NCBI GenBank assembly: GCA_046757685.1
Contig: JBHHYV010000002.1
Span: 8,598-72,597, forward strand
Source: Myxococcota bacterium
GTDB lineage: Bacteria > Myxococcota_A > UBA9160 > SZUA-336
Reading direction: 5' to 3'
DNA: 64,000 nucleotides
A model generated the notes under the pieces. That model saw only the letters and a program-made list of their open reading frames with translations. It did no database searches and was not told the DNA's origin. A program made the translations under genes and the position numbers. This document shows positions 37,053 through 46,339 of this stretch, piece by piece (positions within the stretch are counted from its first letter, which is position 1; each line of letters opens with the position of its first letter).

Positions 37053-38087
37053 TCAGCGCTCGCGTCCCTGGACCAGGAGCCGGTTGTGGGTCTCGTCCGC
37101 GAAGCGGACCTGGATCTTCTTGGGACCCATCACGCGCTGGACCACGCCGCGGCCCAGCGTCGCGTGCTGGATCGAGTCGCCGATCGAGTAGACCTCCTCC
37201 AGCGAGTAGACGCGGGTCGGGCGGTTCGGATCCGCCTCGATCACCTCGTCGACCGGCACGGGTCGCCCCGCGCGCGGCCGCGGCTTGAGCTGGCCTGCGC
37301 CCTTCTCCCAGGCGGGTCGAAGCTCGGGCTGACTGGTCGGCAGCGGCTGGCGGTCGGGGTACTCCCACCCGGGATCGCCTTCGAGTGCGACGCCCGCGTA
37401 GCGCGCCTCGCGGCCGCAGGCCGCCTGGAACTCCTCGGCCAGCCGCTCGAGCTCGCAGATCCAGGCGGCGCCCTTCTGGGCCTCTCGCTTGCGGCAGAGC
37501 TCCCAGTAGCGCGAGTTTCCCAGGACGATCGCGAGCGGCGGCTCCTTGGATACCGGCCTTCCGATGCGCTCCGCCACCTCCGCTCGAAGAGGCTCCAGCC
37601 GGGCCTCGACGATCGCGGCCCACGCCAGCGACTGCAGCAGGGCGCGCAGCGGTGTCTCTCCGGTCGCGCCCCGGCTGGCGCTCGGCGGAATGAACTTCAG
37701 CTCAGCCACCACCAGCCGGTCGCCGGGGCCGACTCCAAGCAGGTCGAGCGGCCCGATCCCGCTCCGGGTGCCCTCTGGCTCGAGGGCGACGCGGGCGTCG
37801 AGCCAGCAGACCGGATCCCCCCCGGGGAGCTCGAGCGCACGCAGCTCGACCCCACACCAGTTGACGAGCGCGAGGGCCAGGTGCTCCTCGCGAGGAGCCT
37901 TGGGTACCGACCGAACCGCGTGCGGCGGGGTGCCCAGGTAGTGCTCGCGCTCGGGGGCGGATTGCCGCTGGGCCTCGTAGAGCTCCGCGAGCCGCTCGCC
38001 CTTGAGCTCGGCAGCCATCTTGCGAAAGCCAGAGGCCTGGCGGACCTGACGATCCTCGGCCAGCTCTAGAAGAGAGTGATGGGTCAA
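37053..38087 (-). CDS. Hypothetical protein with PD-(D/E)xK nuclease-like core and C-terminal UvrD/PcrA-type Tudor-like (DUF3553-like) domain
   Basis: ORF 37053..38087. TTG start with strong SD (GGGGAGGG then 4 nt). Motif GPLDLLGV...RLVVAELKF (D...E-x-K). C-terminus YSIGDSIQHATLGRGVVQRVMGPKKIQVRFADETHNRLLV resembles the PcrA/UvrD C-terminal Tudor fold. Confidence 0.55.
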   Translation of the reverse strand: MTHHSLLELAEDRQVRQASGFRKMAAELKGERLAELYEAQRQSAPEREHYLGTPPHAVRSVPKAPREEHLALALVNWCGVELRALELPGGDPVCWLDARVALEPEGTRSGIGPLDLLGVGPGDRLVVAELKFIPPSASRGATGETPLRALLQSLAWAAIVEARLEPLRAEVAERIGRPVSKEPPLAIVLGNSRYWELCRKREAQKGAAWICELERLAEEFQAACGREARYAGVALEGDPGWEYPDRQPLPTSQPELRPAWEKGAGQLKPRPRAGRPVPVDEVIEADPNRPTRVYSLEEVYSIGDSIQHATLGRGVVQRVMGPKKIQVRFADETHNRLLVQGRER

Positions 38088-38305
38088 TCGGCCCTCCCCT
38101 GAATTCTCGGGGCGGCAGTGTAGCTCAGCCCCTCACGAGTCTCCCGCCCGGGGCCGATGCAGGGCTCGATGCTGGAGTGGATCGCCGCCCTCGCCCTCTC
38201 GCCCCTCGTGGTGGTGTGGGGAGCTCACGGCGCGGTCGCCTACGTCGGGATCCTGATCTGGCTGGTCGTCGCGCGCGCCCCGCGGAAGGGGTAGAAACAG
38301 GCGCG

Positions 38306-39061
38306 ATGTCGGGGTTCAGGGAGTGGCTTCGCGCGCGCCCGCTCCTGGGCCCGCTCGCTCGAAGCCTGCGCCGGTTCCCCTGGGCCAGCCGCAACGCCCT
38401 GCGGCGGCTCCGCTTTCAGGGCTCCGCGAGGCACTGGGAGCGCCATTACGCCGGGGGGGGCAGCTCGGGCTCGGGCTCGTTCGGAAGACTCGCCGAGTTC
38501 AAGGCCGAGATCCTGAACGGCTTCGTGCGGGACCAGGGCGTGCACAGTGTGGTGGAGCTGGGCTGCGGCGACGGCCGCCAGCTCGCCCTGGCGCAGTACC
38601 CTGCGTACCTGGGCCTCGATGTCTCCGCGCGCGCCATCGAGCTCTGCCGGGAGCGCTTTCGGGGCGACGCGAGCAAGCGCTTCCAGCTCTACGATCCGCG
38701 GAGCTTTCGGGCGGACGACTCGCTGCGCGCGGAGCTGGCGCTCTCCCTCGACGTGATCTTCCACCTCGTGGAGGATGACGTCTTCGAGCGTTACATGACG
38801 CACCTCTTCGAGCTGGGCCGGCGCTACGTGATCATCTTCTCGAGCGATCACGAGCACAACCCTCTCCTGCGCGCCCCGCACATCCGTCACCGCCGCTTCA
38901 GCCAGTGGGTGCGGGAGCGACGGCCCGGGTTTCGGCTCCTGCGCGTCATTCCCAACCGCTACCCCTACCAGGGCGACGCGCGCTCGGGCTCGTACTGCGA
39001 CTTCCATCTCTACGAGCGCGCGTCCGACGAGGGGAGCTCGGTTCAGGCGCGCTCGACGTAG
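38306..39061 (+). CDS. Class I SAM-dependent methyltransferase
   Basis: ATG 38306 in ORF 38177..39061. Motif I VVELGCGDGRQL. Acidic post-I residue (LGLDVS). Confidence 0.75.
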   Translation: MSGFREWLRARPLLGPLARSLRRFPWASRNALRRLRFQGSARHWERHYAGGGSSGSGSFGRLAEFKAEILNGFVRDQGVHSVVELGCGDGRQLALAQYPAYLGLDVSARAIELCRERFRGDASKRFQLYDPRSFRADDSLRAELALSLDVIFHLVEDDVFERYMTHLFELGRRYVIIFSSDHEHNPLLRAPHIRHRRFSQWVRERRPGFRLLRVIPNRYPYQGDARSGSYCDFHLYERASDEGSSVQARST

Positions 39062-39594
39062 CTCCGGTCGCGGGTATCGATCTTGAGCCGCTCTCCCCGA
39101 TCGATGAAGCTCGGGACCTGGATCACGGCTCCCGTCGTGAGCCTCGCCGGCTTGAGCCGAGAGCCCTTCTGGGGCGGATCGGTCTCGGCCACCTCGAGGA
39201 CGACGAAGTTTGGCAGGCGCACACCGATGGGTGCATCGTCGTGCAGCAGCACCTCCACCTCGCAGCTCTCGGGGATCAGGTCCCGGTTCTCGATCGTGGC
39301 CTCCGGGACCTCGAGCTGCTCGTAGGATTGCTGGTCCATGAAGACGAGCTGCTCGCCCTCGCGGTAGAGGTACTGCATGCTGCGGGTCTCGACGTTGGCG
39401 AGCGGCAGCGACTCGCCGCCCTTCAGGGTGCGGTCGATGACCGAACCCGAGACCAGGCTCTTCAGCTTGAGGCGGACGAATGCGCCCCCTTTGCCGGGCT
39501 TGACGTGCTGGTACTGGGTGATGAGCCAGGGCTCTCCGCCGTCGAGCTCGACGCGCATCCCCGGCCGCATCTTCGAGGTGTCCACGTTGGCCAT
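39043..39594 (-). CDS. efp: Elongation factor P
   Basis: ORF 39043..39708 trimmed to ATG 39594 (MANVDTSKMRPGMRVELDGGEPW...). KPGKGGAF loop with the conserved modifiable Lys. Three OB/KOW-like domains. Confidence 0.9.
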   Translation of the reverse strand: MANVDTSKMRPGMRVELDGGEPWLITQYQHVKPGKGGAFVRLKLKSLVSGSVIDRTLKGGESLPLANVETRSMQYLYREGEQLVFMDQQSYEQLEVPEATIENRDLIPESCEVEVLLHDDAPIGVRLPNFVVLEVAETDPPQKGSRLKPARLTTGAVIQVPSFIDRGERLKIDTRDRSYVERA

Positions 39595-39777
39595 CGCGGC
39601 GCCACGATAGCCTCGGCCCCGGCCTCGCGCACCCGTCCGCCGGCAGCGTTCCGCTTCAAAACGCAGCCCCTCCGGTGTAGACTGGCGGAACCCAGTGCAC
39701 TCGAGCATCGCCGCCCTTGCGCATCGCCGCGGGGGCGGCGATCTCGTGGTGGGGGCCTCTCGCAGCTCTCCCCTCCA

Positions 39778-41625
39778 CTAGGGGGCGAAGCTCGGCCCGG
39801 AGAGGGCCTGACCCTGCCGGTACCGGGCCAGGCGCTGCTCGATCGCGGCGATGAGGTCGTCGTCCCCCTGTGTGCGGGCCCGTTCGAGGGCCTGCGTCGC
39901 ACTCTCTCGCGCCGCCGGAAGGTCGCCGGCGGCGGCCTGGGCGGCGGCGAGCACGTCCAGGTCGACCGCGCTCGGAGCGCTCTGGAGGGCGCAGGCGCGG
40001 CGTGCGAGCTGCACTGCCTCGGCCGGATCGCGAATCTTCGGCTCGATCGCCAGCAGCACCGCGAGCCGGCGCAGGGCGGCGTGGTTCGAGGGATCGCGGT
40101 CGAGCTCGGCGCGGTAGTGTGCGGCGGCCTCGGCGGGTCGGCCGAGGCGCTCGAGCGCCAGACCCATGTGCAGATTCAGGCGTGCCAGACGGGGATCGGC
40201 GCGCCACGCTCGCTCGAACTCGCGTAGCGCGGCGCGGGTCTCGCCCGAGGTCAACAGCACGTAGCCCAGGTTGGCGCGGGCCCACGTGTACCCCGGGCGG
40301 ATCTCGAGCGCCTGCCGAAAGTGCTCGCCCGCCTCGCTCGGCCGATCCACCATGAGCAGACCGACCCCATACGCGGTGTGCGCGAAGTAGTTTCGGTCGG
40401 TGACGGCCAGCGCTCGCGCGAAGAGCGTGCGCTGGTCGTGCCAGTAGCCGACCTGGGTGTGCGCCACGAGAGCCGAGGCCGCGAGCGCCGCGACGGCCAC
40501 GCCAGCGATCCACAGGCGTCTCCCCGGGATACGCAGCTCGAACGACGGCACACCCAGTGCCACGGCGATCGAGAGACCGATCAGCGGCGAGTAGAGGTAG
40601 CGGTCGGCATGCGCCTGGAGGCCCACCTGGACCAGGCCGATCACCGGAACGAGCATTCCCAGGAACCAGAGCCAGCCCACGAGCAGGAAGGGCCGGCGCC
40701 TCGCCTGCCAGAGTGCGCCCGCCGAGAGCGCTGCGAGCAGCGCGCTGGCTGCGACCAGCCCCGCGACCGGGAGCGTAGGGTCGTAGAGGTACATCGGTCC
40801 CAGGTCGCTGGGCCAGGCACTCTGCCGGAGATAGGTGGCGACCGCGAGGACCGCATTTCCGATGCGGGTTCCCAGCGGCAGGCGGCCGGCGATCCCCTCG
40901 GACTGCGCGAGCAGGGTCGTGAGGCTCACCCCCACCGAGAGTGCGAAGAAGGGCCACTTCTCGGCGGCCAGCGATCGCCAGCGGCTCCCGCCTCCCGCGC
41001 CCGAGCCGCCGACGCGCCCCAGGGGCCAGAGGTCGAGGAGCAGCAGCAGACAGGGCAGCGTCACCCACATCGACTTCGAGGCGAGCGAGAGCGCGTAGAG
41101 GCCCAGTGACCCCCACCAGGCTCTCCGTCTCCGGCGCCTCGCCCAGCCGAGCCACGCGGCGATCGCCGCCAGCCCGAAGAAGGTCGACAGCAGGTCCTTG
41201 CGCTCGGCGATCCAGGCCACGGACTCCACGTGGGTCGGGTGCAGCAGCAGGACCCCCGCGACGAAGAGCGCCGGGGCACGCGCACCGGAGAGCGAGACGA
41301 CCAGAGCGTAGAGCAGCGCTCCGTTCGCCAGGTGGATCGCGAGGTTCACCGCCTTGTGGGCGCCTGCATCGAGCCCGAAGAGCTGCACGTCGAGCATGTG
41401 CGAGAGCCAGGTCACCGGGTGCCAGTTGCCGATCAGGGTGGCGGTGAGCGCCCAGCGCAGACCCTCGAGTGTGAGCCCCCGGTTCACGTGGGGGTTCTCG
41501 AGCAGATAGGTCTGGTCGTCGTAGGAGAGGAACTCCTGGTCGAGCACGCTCCAGTAGACCGCCAGCGTGGCCACCAGGAGCAGCCCGAGCCCGAAGAGTC
41601 CGGCGCTCCGCGAGAGCCCCGCCAC
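39778..41625 (-). CDS. Integral membrane protein with N-terminal PMT/TMTC-like (GT-C fold-like) domain and C-terminal TPR repeats
   Basis: In-frame GTG 41625 inside track ORF 39778..42873; the upstream part of that ORF overlaps the cyclase gene. About 11 TM helices (YWSVLDQEFLSYDDQTYLLENPHV), then TPR repeats. Confidence 0.65.
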   Translation of the reverse strand: MAGLSRSAGLFGLGLLLVATLAVYWSVLDQEFLSYDDQTYLLENPHVNRGLTLEGLRWALTATLIGNWHPVTWLSHMLDVQLFGLDAGAHKAVNLAIHLANGALLYALVVSLSGARAPALFVAGVLLLHPTHVESVAWIAERKDLLSTFFGLAAIAAWLGWARRRRRRAWWGSLGLYALSLASKSMWVTLPCLLLLLDLWPLGRVGGSGAGGGSRWRSLAAEKWPFFALSVGVSLTTLLAQSEGIAGRLPLGTRIGNAVLAVATYLRQSAWPSDLGPMYLYDPTLPVAGLVAASALLAALSAGALWQARRRPFLLVGWLWFLGMLVPVIGLVQVGLQAHADRYLYSPLIGLSIAVALGVPSFELRIPGRRLWIAGVAVAALAASALVAHTQVGYWHDQRTLFARALAVTDRNYFAHTAYGVGLLMVDRPSEAGEHFRQALEIRPGYTWARANLGYVLLTSGETRAALREFERAWRADPRLARLNLHMGLALERLGRPAEAAAHYRAELDRDPSNHAALRRLAVLLAIEPKIRDPAEAVQLARRACALQSAPSAVDLDVLAAAQAAAGDLPAARESATQALERARTQGDDDLIAAIEQRLARYRQGQALSGPSFAP

Positions 41626-41678
41626 CGGAGCCGACGCCGCGGGAGCGGGCGCCGCCCGTCGAGGGACGCCCGCTCGGC

Positions 41679-44600
41679 TCAGTGGAGATCCTGGCGCTGG
41701 CGCCGCGCGTCGAGTCGAGCGAGCAGCTGTGTGGCGAGGCGCCCGATCCGGGACAGCGCACCCCCCTTCGCCACCTCGAGGGCGAGCGCGGCCTGGCGGG
41801 CTGCGGAGGCGGAGTCCCCCGCCCGCTCGGAGGCGACGCCGGCATCGACCCAGGCTGCCGCAGAGATCCTCCGCAGCCCCTGGGCCTGGGCGCGCTCCGC
41901 GCAGCGCTCGAAGCGCGGGGGAGCGGCCATCGGATCGGCGCCCGGCTCCGCGGCGGCGGCGCGCGCCTCGGCCAGCTCCGTCAGGGTCTCGCGCAGCTGC
42001 CCCGCCGCCCACTCTCGCGCCACCTCGACCGCCCGGGCCGCCTCGGCCGGGCGACCCACCGCGAGCAGCGCCTCGACGACCAGGTCCGCCTCGAAGGCGA
42101 TGTCGCTCCCGCGGGAGATCTCTTCGCACAGCCCGTCGAGGTGCCGGGTGTCCGCCGGAAGGCCCCGCGCAGCGTCCGCGAGCAACGCGATGGCGTTCGC
42201 CGTGCGCCGCGTCGGAAGCAGGTCGTACTCGCGAGCGATCGCCAGGGCCTGCTCCGCCAGCACAGCCGCGCGCTCGGGATCGTCCCCCTCGAGGGCGAGC
42301 CGCGCCAGGCGCGCCAGCGACGTGGCCTGGACCGAGCGGTTCGGTGCCTGCTCGGCGCAGCGAAGGGTCTCGCGGGTCTCGCTCTCCGCGCTCGCGAGCT
42401 CTCCCGCGAGCGAGAGCGCGCGATCGCGATAGGCCCTCGCCGTGACGTAGAGATCGGTCTGGGCATCGCGCTCGCCCAGCGCCGCGAGACCGTCGACCAC
42501 CTCGCCGAGCAGGCGCCGGGCCTCGTCGATGCGGGAGTCGAGCAGGTACGCCCATCCCAGCTGCCGGCCCATCCGCAGAGCCGGGAGTGCGGAGTCCTCC
42601 GCCTGCGCAATCTGGCTCGCTCTCTCGATCAGACCCAGTCCCTCGCTGAAGCTCCCCGGCAGGTTGCACAGCTCCGTGCCCCGTTGCGCCAGGAGCTCCG
42701 CCAGCGAGACCGGGTCCCGGAGCTCCTCGGCCAGCGCGACGCCGCGCTCGAAGGCATCGTCGCTCTCGGGTCCCGAGCCCCGGGTGAGGGCGCGCGCCCT
42801 CGAGACGCCGATCGCCGCCTCGAGCGCGGCGCGGCGGTCCGCCTCGGACTGGACTCCGCCCGCGAGCAGCCACTCCCGCGCGAGCGTCCAGGCCTGGGTC
42901 CGAAAGCGAAAGGCGGTGGTGAACGCCGGGATCGCCTCGGCCTCGAGCGCGGCCACGAGCAACGCGCGAACCGCGCGCGGACGGTCGTCGCTGCGCGACC
43001 AGTGGTGGGCCAGCAGCGCGGCGCGCTCGGGTGTCTTGCCCGCCGGGTCCCCCTCCACGAAGCGCGCCAGCTGCGCATGCAAGCGCCGGCGCTCGCGAAG
43101 CAGCAGGCTCTCGTAGGCCACCTCCTGGGTCAGGCTCTCGCCGAAGCGATAGACCCCCTCCCCCAGCTCGCGGCGCGGATAGACGATTCCCCGGCCCTCG
43201 AGCAGCGAGAGCTGCTGCGACACGTCGACCCCGCTGCCCATGAGAAGATGCTCGAGCTCCTGGGTGCGAAACTGTCGGCCCGCCACGGCCGCCGTCTGCG
43301 CCAGGCGCTTCGCCGTCGCCGGCAGCCGGTCGAGGCGCGCCCCGAGGAGCTCGTGGACGCTGCTCGGGATGGGGATCTCGTCGACCGGCCGCGCGGTGCG
43401 CATCCGCCCGTCCTCCACGACCAGGTCACCGGCCTCCAGGACCGCCCGGGTCAGCTCTTCGGCGTAGAAGGGATTGCCCTCCGCCTTGGCGACGAGGCGG
43501 GCCCGAAGCTCGGCCGGGACCTCGGCTCCCGCAACCGCGTCGACGATCTCTCCGATGTGGGCGTCCGCGAGCGCACCCAGGTTCAGCTGCGTGAACGCCG
43601 AGCGGGTCTCCCACCGCGGCCGGTAGTCGGGACGGTGCGACACGACCAGGAGGATCCGCCCCCCCTCGATCCTCGCGGCCGCCATCTCCAGGTCGTGGCG
43701 GGAGTCCTCATCGATCCAGTGCAGGTCCTCGAGCACCAGGACCACGGGTCCGCGGTCGGCCAGCCCGGTGATCAGGCGCTCGACCGCGCGAAAGCTCGCC
43801 CGCCGCAGCTCGTCTCTCGAGCCCTCCGGCGGCTCCCCGCGATCGATCGAGAGCATGCGGCACAGGTAGGGGGCGATCTCGGTGCCATCCGGATCCCACT
43901 CCGAGACGCCGTCCCGGACGCGTTGCTCGCGAGCCTCGGCGGAGTCGTCGGGCTGGATTCCGAAGTGATTCTCGAGCATCCGGATCCACACGTAGTCCGG
44001 AACCGAGCTCGCGAGCGAGGAGCAGCGCGCCTCCAGGATCGTCGCTCCGCGGGACGCGGTCCGTCGCTTGAACTCGTGGACCAGGCGGGACTTGCCGCTT
44101 CCCGCCTCACCGACGATGGCCACCATCTGTGTCAGGCCGGCACCGACGCGGGTGAAGCTGTCCTCGAGCTGGCCCAGGTACGCCTCGCGACCGATGAAGG
44201 GAGTGAGCGCCTGACCGGAGGCGGCATCCGGCTCCCTCTGGCCCAGCACCCGATAGGCCCGCACCCGCTCGCTGCGGCCCTTGAGCCGGACCGGCCCTAC
44301 GAGCTCGAGCGAGAAGCGCCCGCCGAGCAGCCGCTGCGTGCTCTCGCTGATCCAGATCGTCCCCGGGTCCGCCAGCGACTCCAGGCGCGAGGCGAGATTC
44401 GTCGTGTCTCCGATCGCGGTGTAGTCCGTCTTGGCCTCGCTCCCGACGGTGCCCACGACGGCGAGGCCGGTATGGATGCCGATCCGCGCCTCGAGCGGAT
44501 GCTCCCCCGTCGCGCCCGCCAGGAGGCGACGCTGGATCGCGAGCGCCGCCGACACCGCCCGCGCAGGCGAGTCCTCGCGCGCGATCGGTGCGCCGAAGAG

Positions 44601-44996
44601 CGCCATGACCCCGTCCCCCGTCAGCTGGTTGACGACCCCCCCGGCCGCTTCGATCTCGCTCATCACGCTCTCGAGGTAGCGCCCGAGCAGCTCGCGGTAC
44701 TCCTCGGGGTCGAGGGGCTCCGCGATCCCGGTCGAGTTCGCGAGATCGCAGAAGAGGACCGTGACCTGCTTGCGCTCCCCCGCCGCAGGCTCGCCCGGAG
44801 AGCGCCGCGCGGCCCGCGCCTGCGGCCCGGCCGGGCCCGCGTCCGTCGAAGCCCGCGACCCGCACTCCGGACAGAACCGGAAGTGCGCTTCGAGAGCCGC
44901 GCCGCACTGTGCGCAGCGGCGGCCCACCGGCTCGCCACAGCTGGGGCAGAAGCGCATGCTCCGAAGCAGGGGGGCGCCGCAGCTCGGGCAGTCCAT
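41679..44996 (-). CDS. Multidomain signalling protein: double zinc ribbon, class III adenylate/guanylate cyclase, AAA/STAND NTPase, TPR array
   Basis: ORF 41679..45005. ATG at 44996 (MDCPSCGAPLL...CPSCGEP...CAQCGA...CPECGS). Cyclase motifs FCDLANSTG and GDGVMALFG. P-loop GEAGSGKS. Long TPR/helical C-terminus. Confidence 0.85.
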   Translation of the reverse strand: MDCPSCGAPLLRSMRFCPSCGEPVGRRCAQCGAALEAHFRFCPECGSRASTDAGPAGPQARAARRSPGEPAAGERKQVTVLFCDLANSTGIAEPLDPEEYRELLGRYLESVMSEIEAAGGVVNQLTGDGVMALFGAPIAREDSPARAVSAALAIQRRLLAGATGEHPLEARIGIHTGLAVVGTVGSEAKTDYTAIGDTTNLASRLESLADPGTIWISESTQRLLGGRFSLELVGPVRLKGRSERVRAYRVLGQREPDAASGQALTPFIGREAYLGQLEDSFTRVGAGLTQMVAIVGEAGSGKSRLVHEFKRRTASRGATILEARCSSLASSVPDYVWIRMLENHFGIQPDDSAEAREQRVRDGVSEWDPDGTEIAPYLCRMLSIDRGEPPEGSRDELRRASFRAVERLITGLADRGPVVLVLEDLHWIDEDSRHDLEMAAARIEGGRILLVVSHRPDYRPRWETRSAFTQLNLGALADAHIGEIVDAVAGAEVPAELRARLVAKAEGNPFYAEELTRAVLEAGDLVVEDGRMRTARPVDEIPIPSSVHELLGARLDRLPATAKRLAQTAAVAGRQFRTQELEHLLMGSGVDVSQQLSLLEGRGIVYPRRELGEGVYRFGESLTQEVAYESLLLRERRRLHAQLARFVEGDPAGKTPERAALLAHHWSRSDDRPRAVRALLVAALEAEAIPAFTTAFRFRTQAWTLAREWLLAGGVQSEADRRAALEAAIGVSRARALTRGSGPESDDAFERGVALAEELRDPVSLAELLAQRGTELCNLPGSFSEGLGLIERASQIAQAEDSALPALRMGRQLGWAYLLDSRIDEARRLLGEVVDGLAALGERDAQTDLYVTARAYRDRALSLAGELASAESETRETLRCAEQAPNRSVQATSLARLARLALEGDDPERAAVLAEQALAIAREYDLLPTRRTANAIALLADAARGLPADTRHLDGLCEEISRGSDIAFEADLVVEALLAVGRPAEAARAVEVAREWAAGQLRETLTELAEARAAAAEPGADPMAAPPRFERCAERAQAQGLRRISAAAWVDAGVASERAGDSASAARQAALALEVAKGGALSRIGRLATQLLARLDARRQRQDLH

Positions 44997-45079
44997 CGAG
45001 CCCAAAGACTCGCCACGCGAGGGCTCGCGTCAAGCTCGGCGCGGCTCACACAGGCCCCGTCGCGAAGAGGCGACGGCCC

Positions 45080-45322
45080 CTAGAGCACCTCGTCCTCGTC
45101 CACCGGCTTCAGGACCACGGGATGCGGAGCGTGTGCCGGGCCCTCGTCCCAGCCGGGAATCCGGGCCGCGGCAGTGATCCACGACTCCGCCACGCTCCGC
45201 TCCAGCAGCACGCTCGAGACGTCGAACCCCTCCGCGGCGCCCTCCCAGAGCTCGCGGCCGCCGCTGTCCCACCAGCGCCTCGAGGCGTGCTCGAAGTCCA
45301 CGGCCAGGCGCACCAGGGTCAC
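45080..45322 (-). CDS. Possible small hypothetical protein translationally coupled to the SPFH gene
   Basis: ORF 45080..45322. GTG overlaps the SPFH stop (GTGA). No recognisable family; weak. Confidence 0.3.
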   Translation of the reverse strand: MTLVRLAVDFEHASRRWWDSGGRELWEGAAEGFDVSSVLLERSVAESWITAAARIPGWDEGPAHAPHPVVLKPVDEDEVL

Positions 45323-46116
45323 GGGCCAGTGTCGCCTCTGCGACTCTTGATCGGCTTGAAGATCGGAAGGTTCGCCTCGGTGGCCACGTAGATCACGTTG
45401 GGATTCTGGCTGAGCGTCTGGATCCAGAGGTACTGGAGGTAGGAGTCGGAGAGCGTCGCGCGGATGATTCGCTGGGCCTTGGCAGCGCCCTCGGCGCGCG
45501 CCACCTCGATCTCGGCATCGCGGTGCGCCTGGTCGAGCTCGAACTTCTTCTGCTCCGCCTTCTGCTCTGCGGTGAGCTTCCGCTCGATGCTCTCCTTGAA
45601 CTTCTGGGGAAGAACCACGTCACGGAGCAGCACATCGACGATCGCGATGCCTCTCGGCTCGAGGTTCTCCTCGAGGTAGGTCTTGATCTGCTGGGCGATC
45701 TCCTTGCGGCCCGTCTCGCTGTAGATGTTCTTGACCTGGTACCCGCTCACGACGTCCCGGACCGCGTTGCGGAAGTAGGGAACGATCAGCTTCTGCTGGA
45801 AGTTCCGGCCGATGGTCTTGCGCAGCGCCGGAGCCATCTCCGGCAGCACCTGGTAGAGCAGCGAGGTATCGAGACTGACGATCAAGCCCTCGGACGAGGG
45901 AACCGGAGCCTGCTCCTTGAGCTCGCGAAGCTTGACGTCCCAGGTCTCGATCTCGCGAACGACCGGGAGCACGAACGCGACGCCCTGGCCCACGGGCTCG
46001 TCCCGGATGGCTCCGAAGCTCTTGGCCACTCCCACCTCGCCGTCCTCGATCACCACGCAGGCCGCAGTGGAGAGCGCGAGAGTGGCGAAGAGTGCGAGGC
46101 GAATGAAACTCTGCAT
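45319..46116 (-). CDS. SPFH/band-7 (prohibitin/HflC-like) domain lipoprotein
   Basis: ORF 45319..46341 trimmed to ATG 46116 with GGGGG SD. Lipobox LALSTAAC. SPFH core and a coiled-coil tail (EQKAEQKKFELDQAHRDAEIEVARAEGAAKAQRI). Confidence 0.8.
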   Translation of the reverse strand: MQSFIRLALFATLALSTAACVVIEDGEVGVAKSFGAIRDEPVGQGVAFVLPVVREIETWDVKLRELKEQAPVPSSEGLIVSLDTSLLYQVLPEMAPALRKTIGRNFQQKLIVPYFRNAVRDVVSGYQVKNIYSETGRKEIAQQIKTYLEENLEPRGIAIVDVLLRDVVLPQKFKESIERKLTAEQKAEQKKFELDQAHRDAEIEVARAEGAAKAQRIIRATLSDSYLQYLWIQTLSQNPNVIYVATEANLPIFKPIKSRRGDTGP

Positions 46117-46339
46117 GGGACCCCCTGTGTGCGGGGACTCGAGGTCCCCAACGGGACCATGCCTCGAAATCGCTCGGCCGTCACGCCCGGAACGCATCCA
46201 CGACTCGCCGCAGAGGGCCGCCGAAGCCCCCGGCAGGCCGTCCGATCGCTCCGTCTGCTGCCGCCGGCAGCGAGCGCGCACCTCGACACACCCGCGGCCC
46301 GCACCCCCACTCTCCCAGCGCAAGAGTGGGGGTAAAGCC

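Noticed and set aside
37053-39061. Restriction-modification pair hypothesis (PD-(D/E)xK protein plus divergent methyltransferase)
   Set aside because: The methyltransferase has a small-molecule class I motif (VVELGCGDGRQL) and lacks the DPPY/NPPY or C5-MTase motifs of DNA methyltransferases. The genes are also divergent with 219 bp between them.
41626-42873. 5' extension of ORF 39778..42873 (1031 aa)
   Set aside because: It overlaps the 3' end of the cyclase/STAND gene in another frame and is Arg/Gly/Pro-rich. The gene was trimmed to in-frame GTG 41625.
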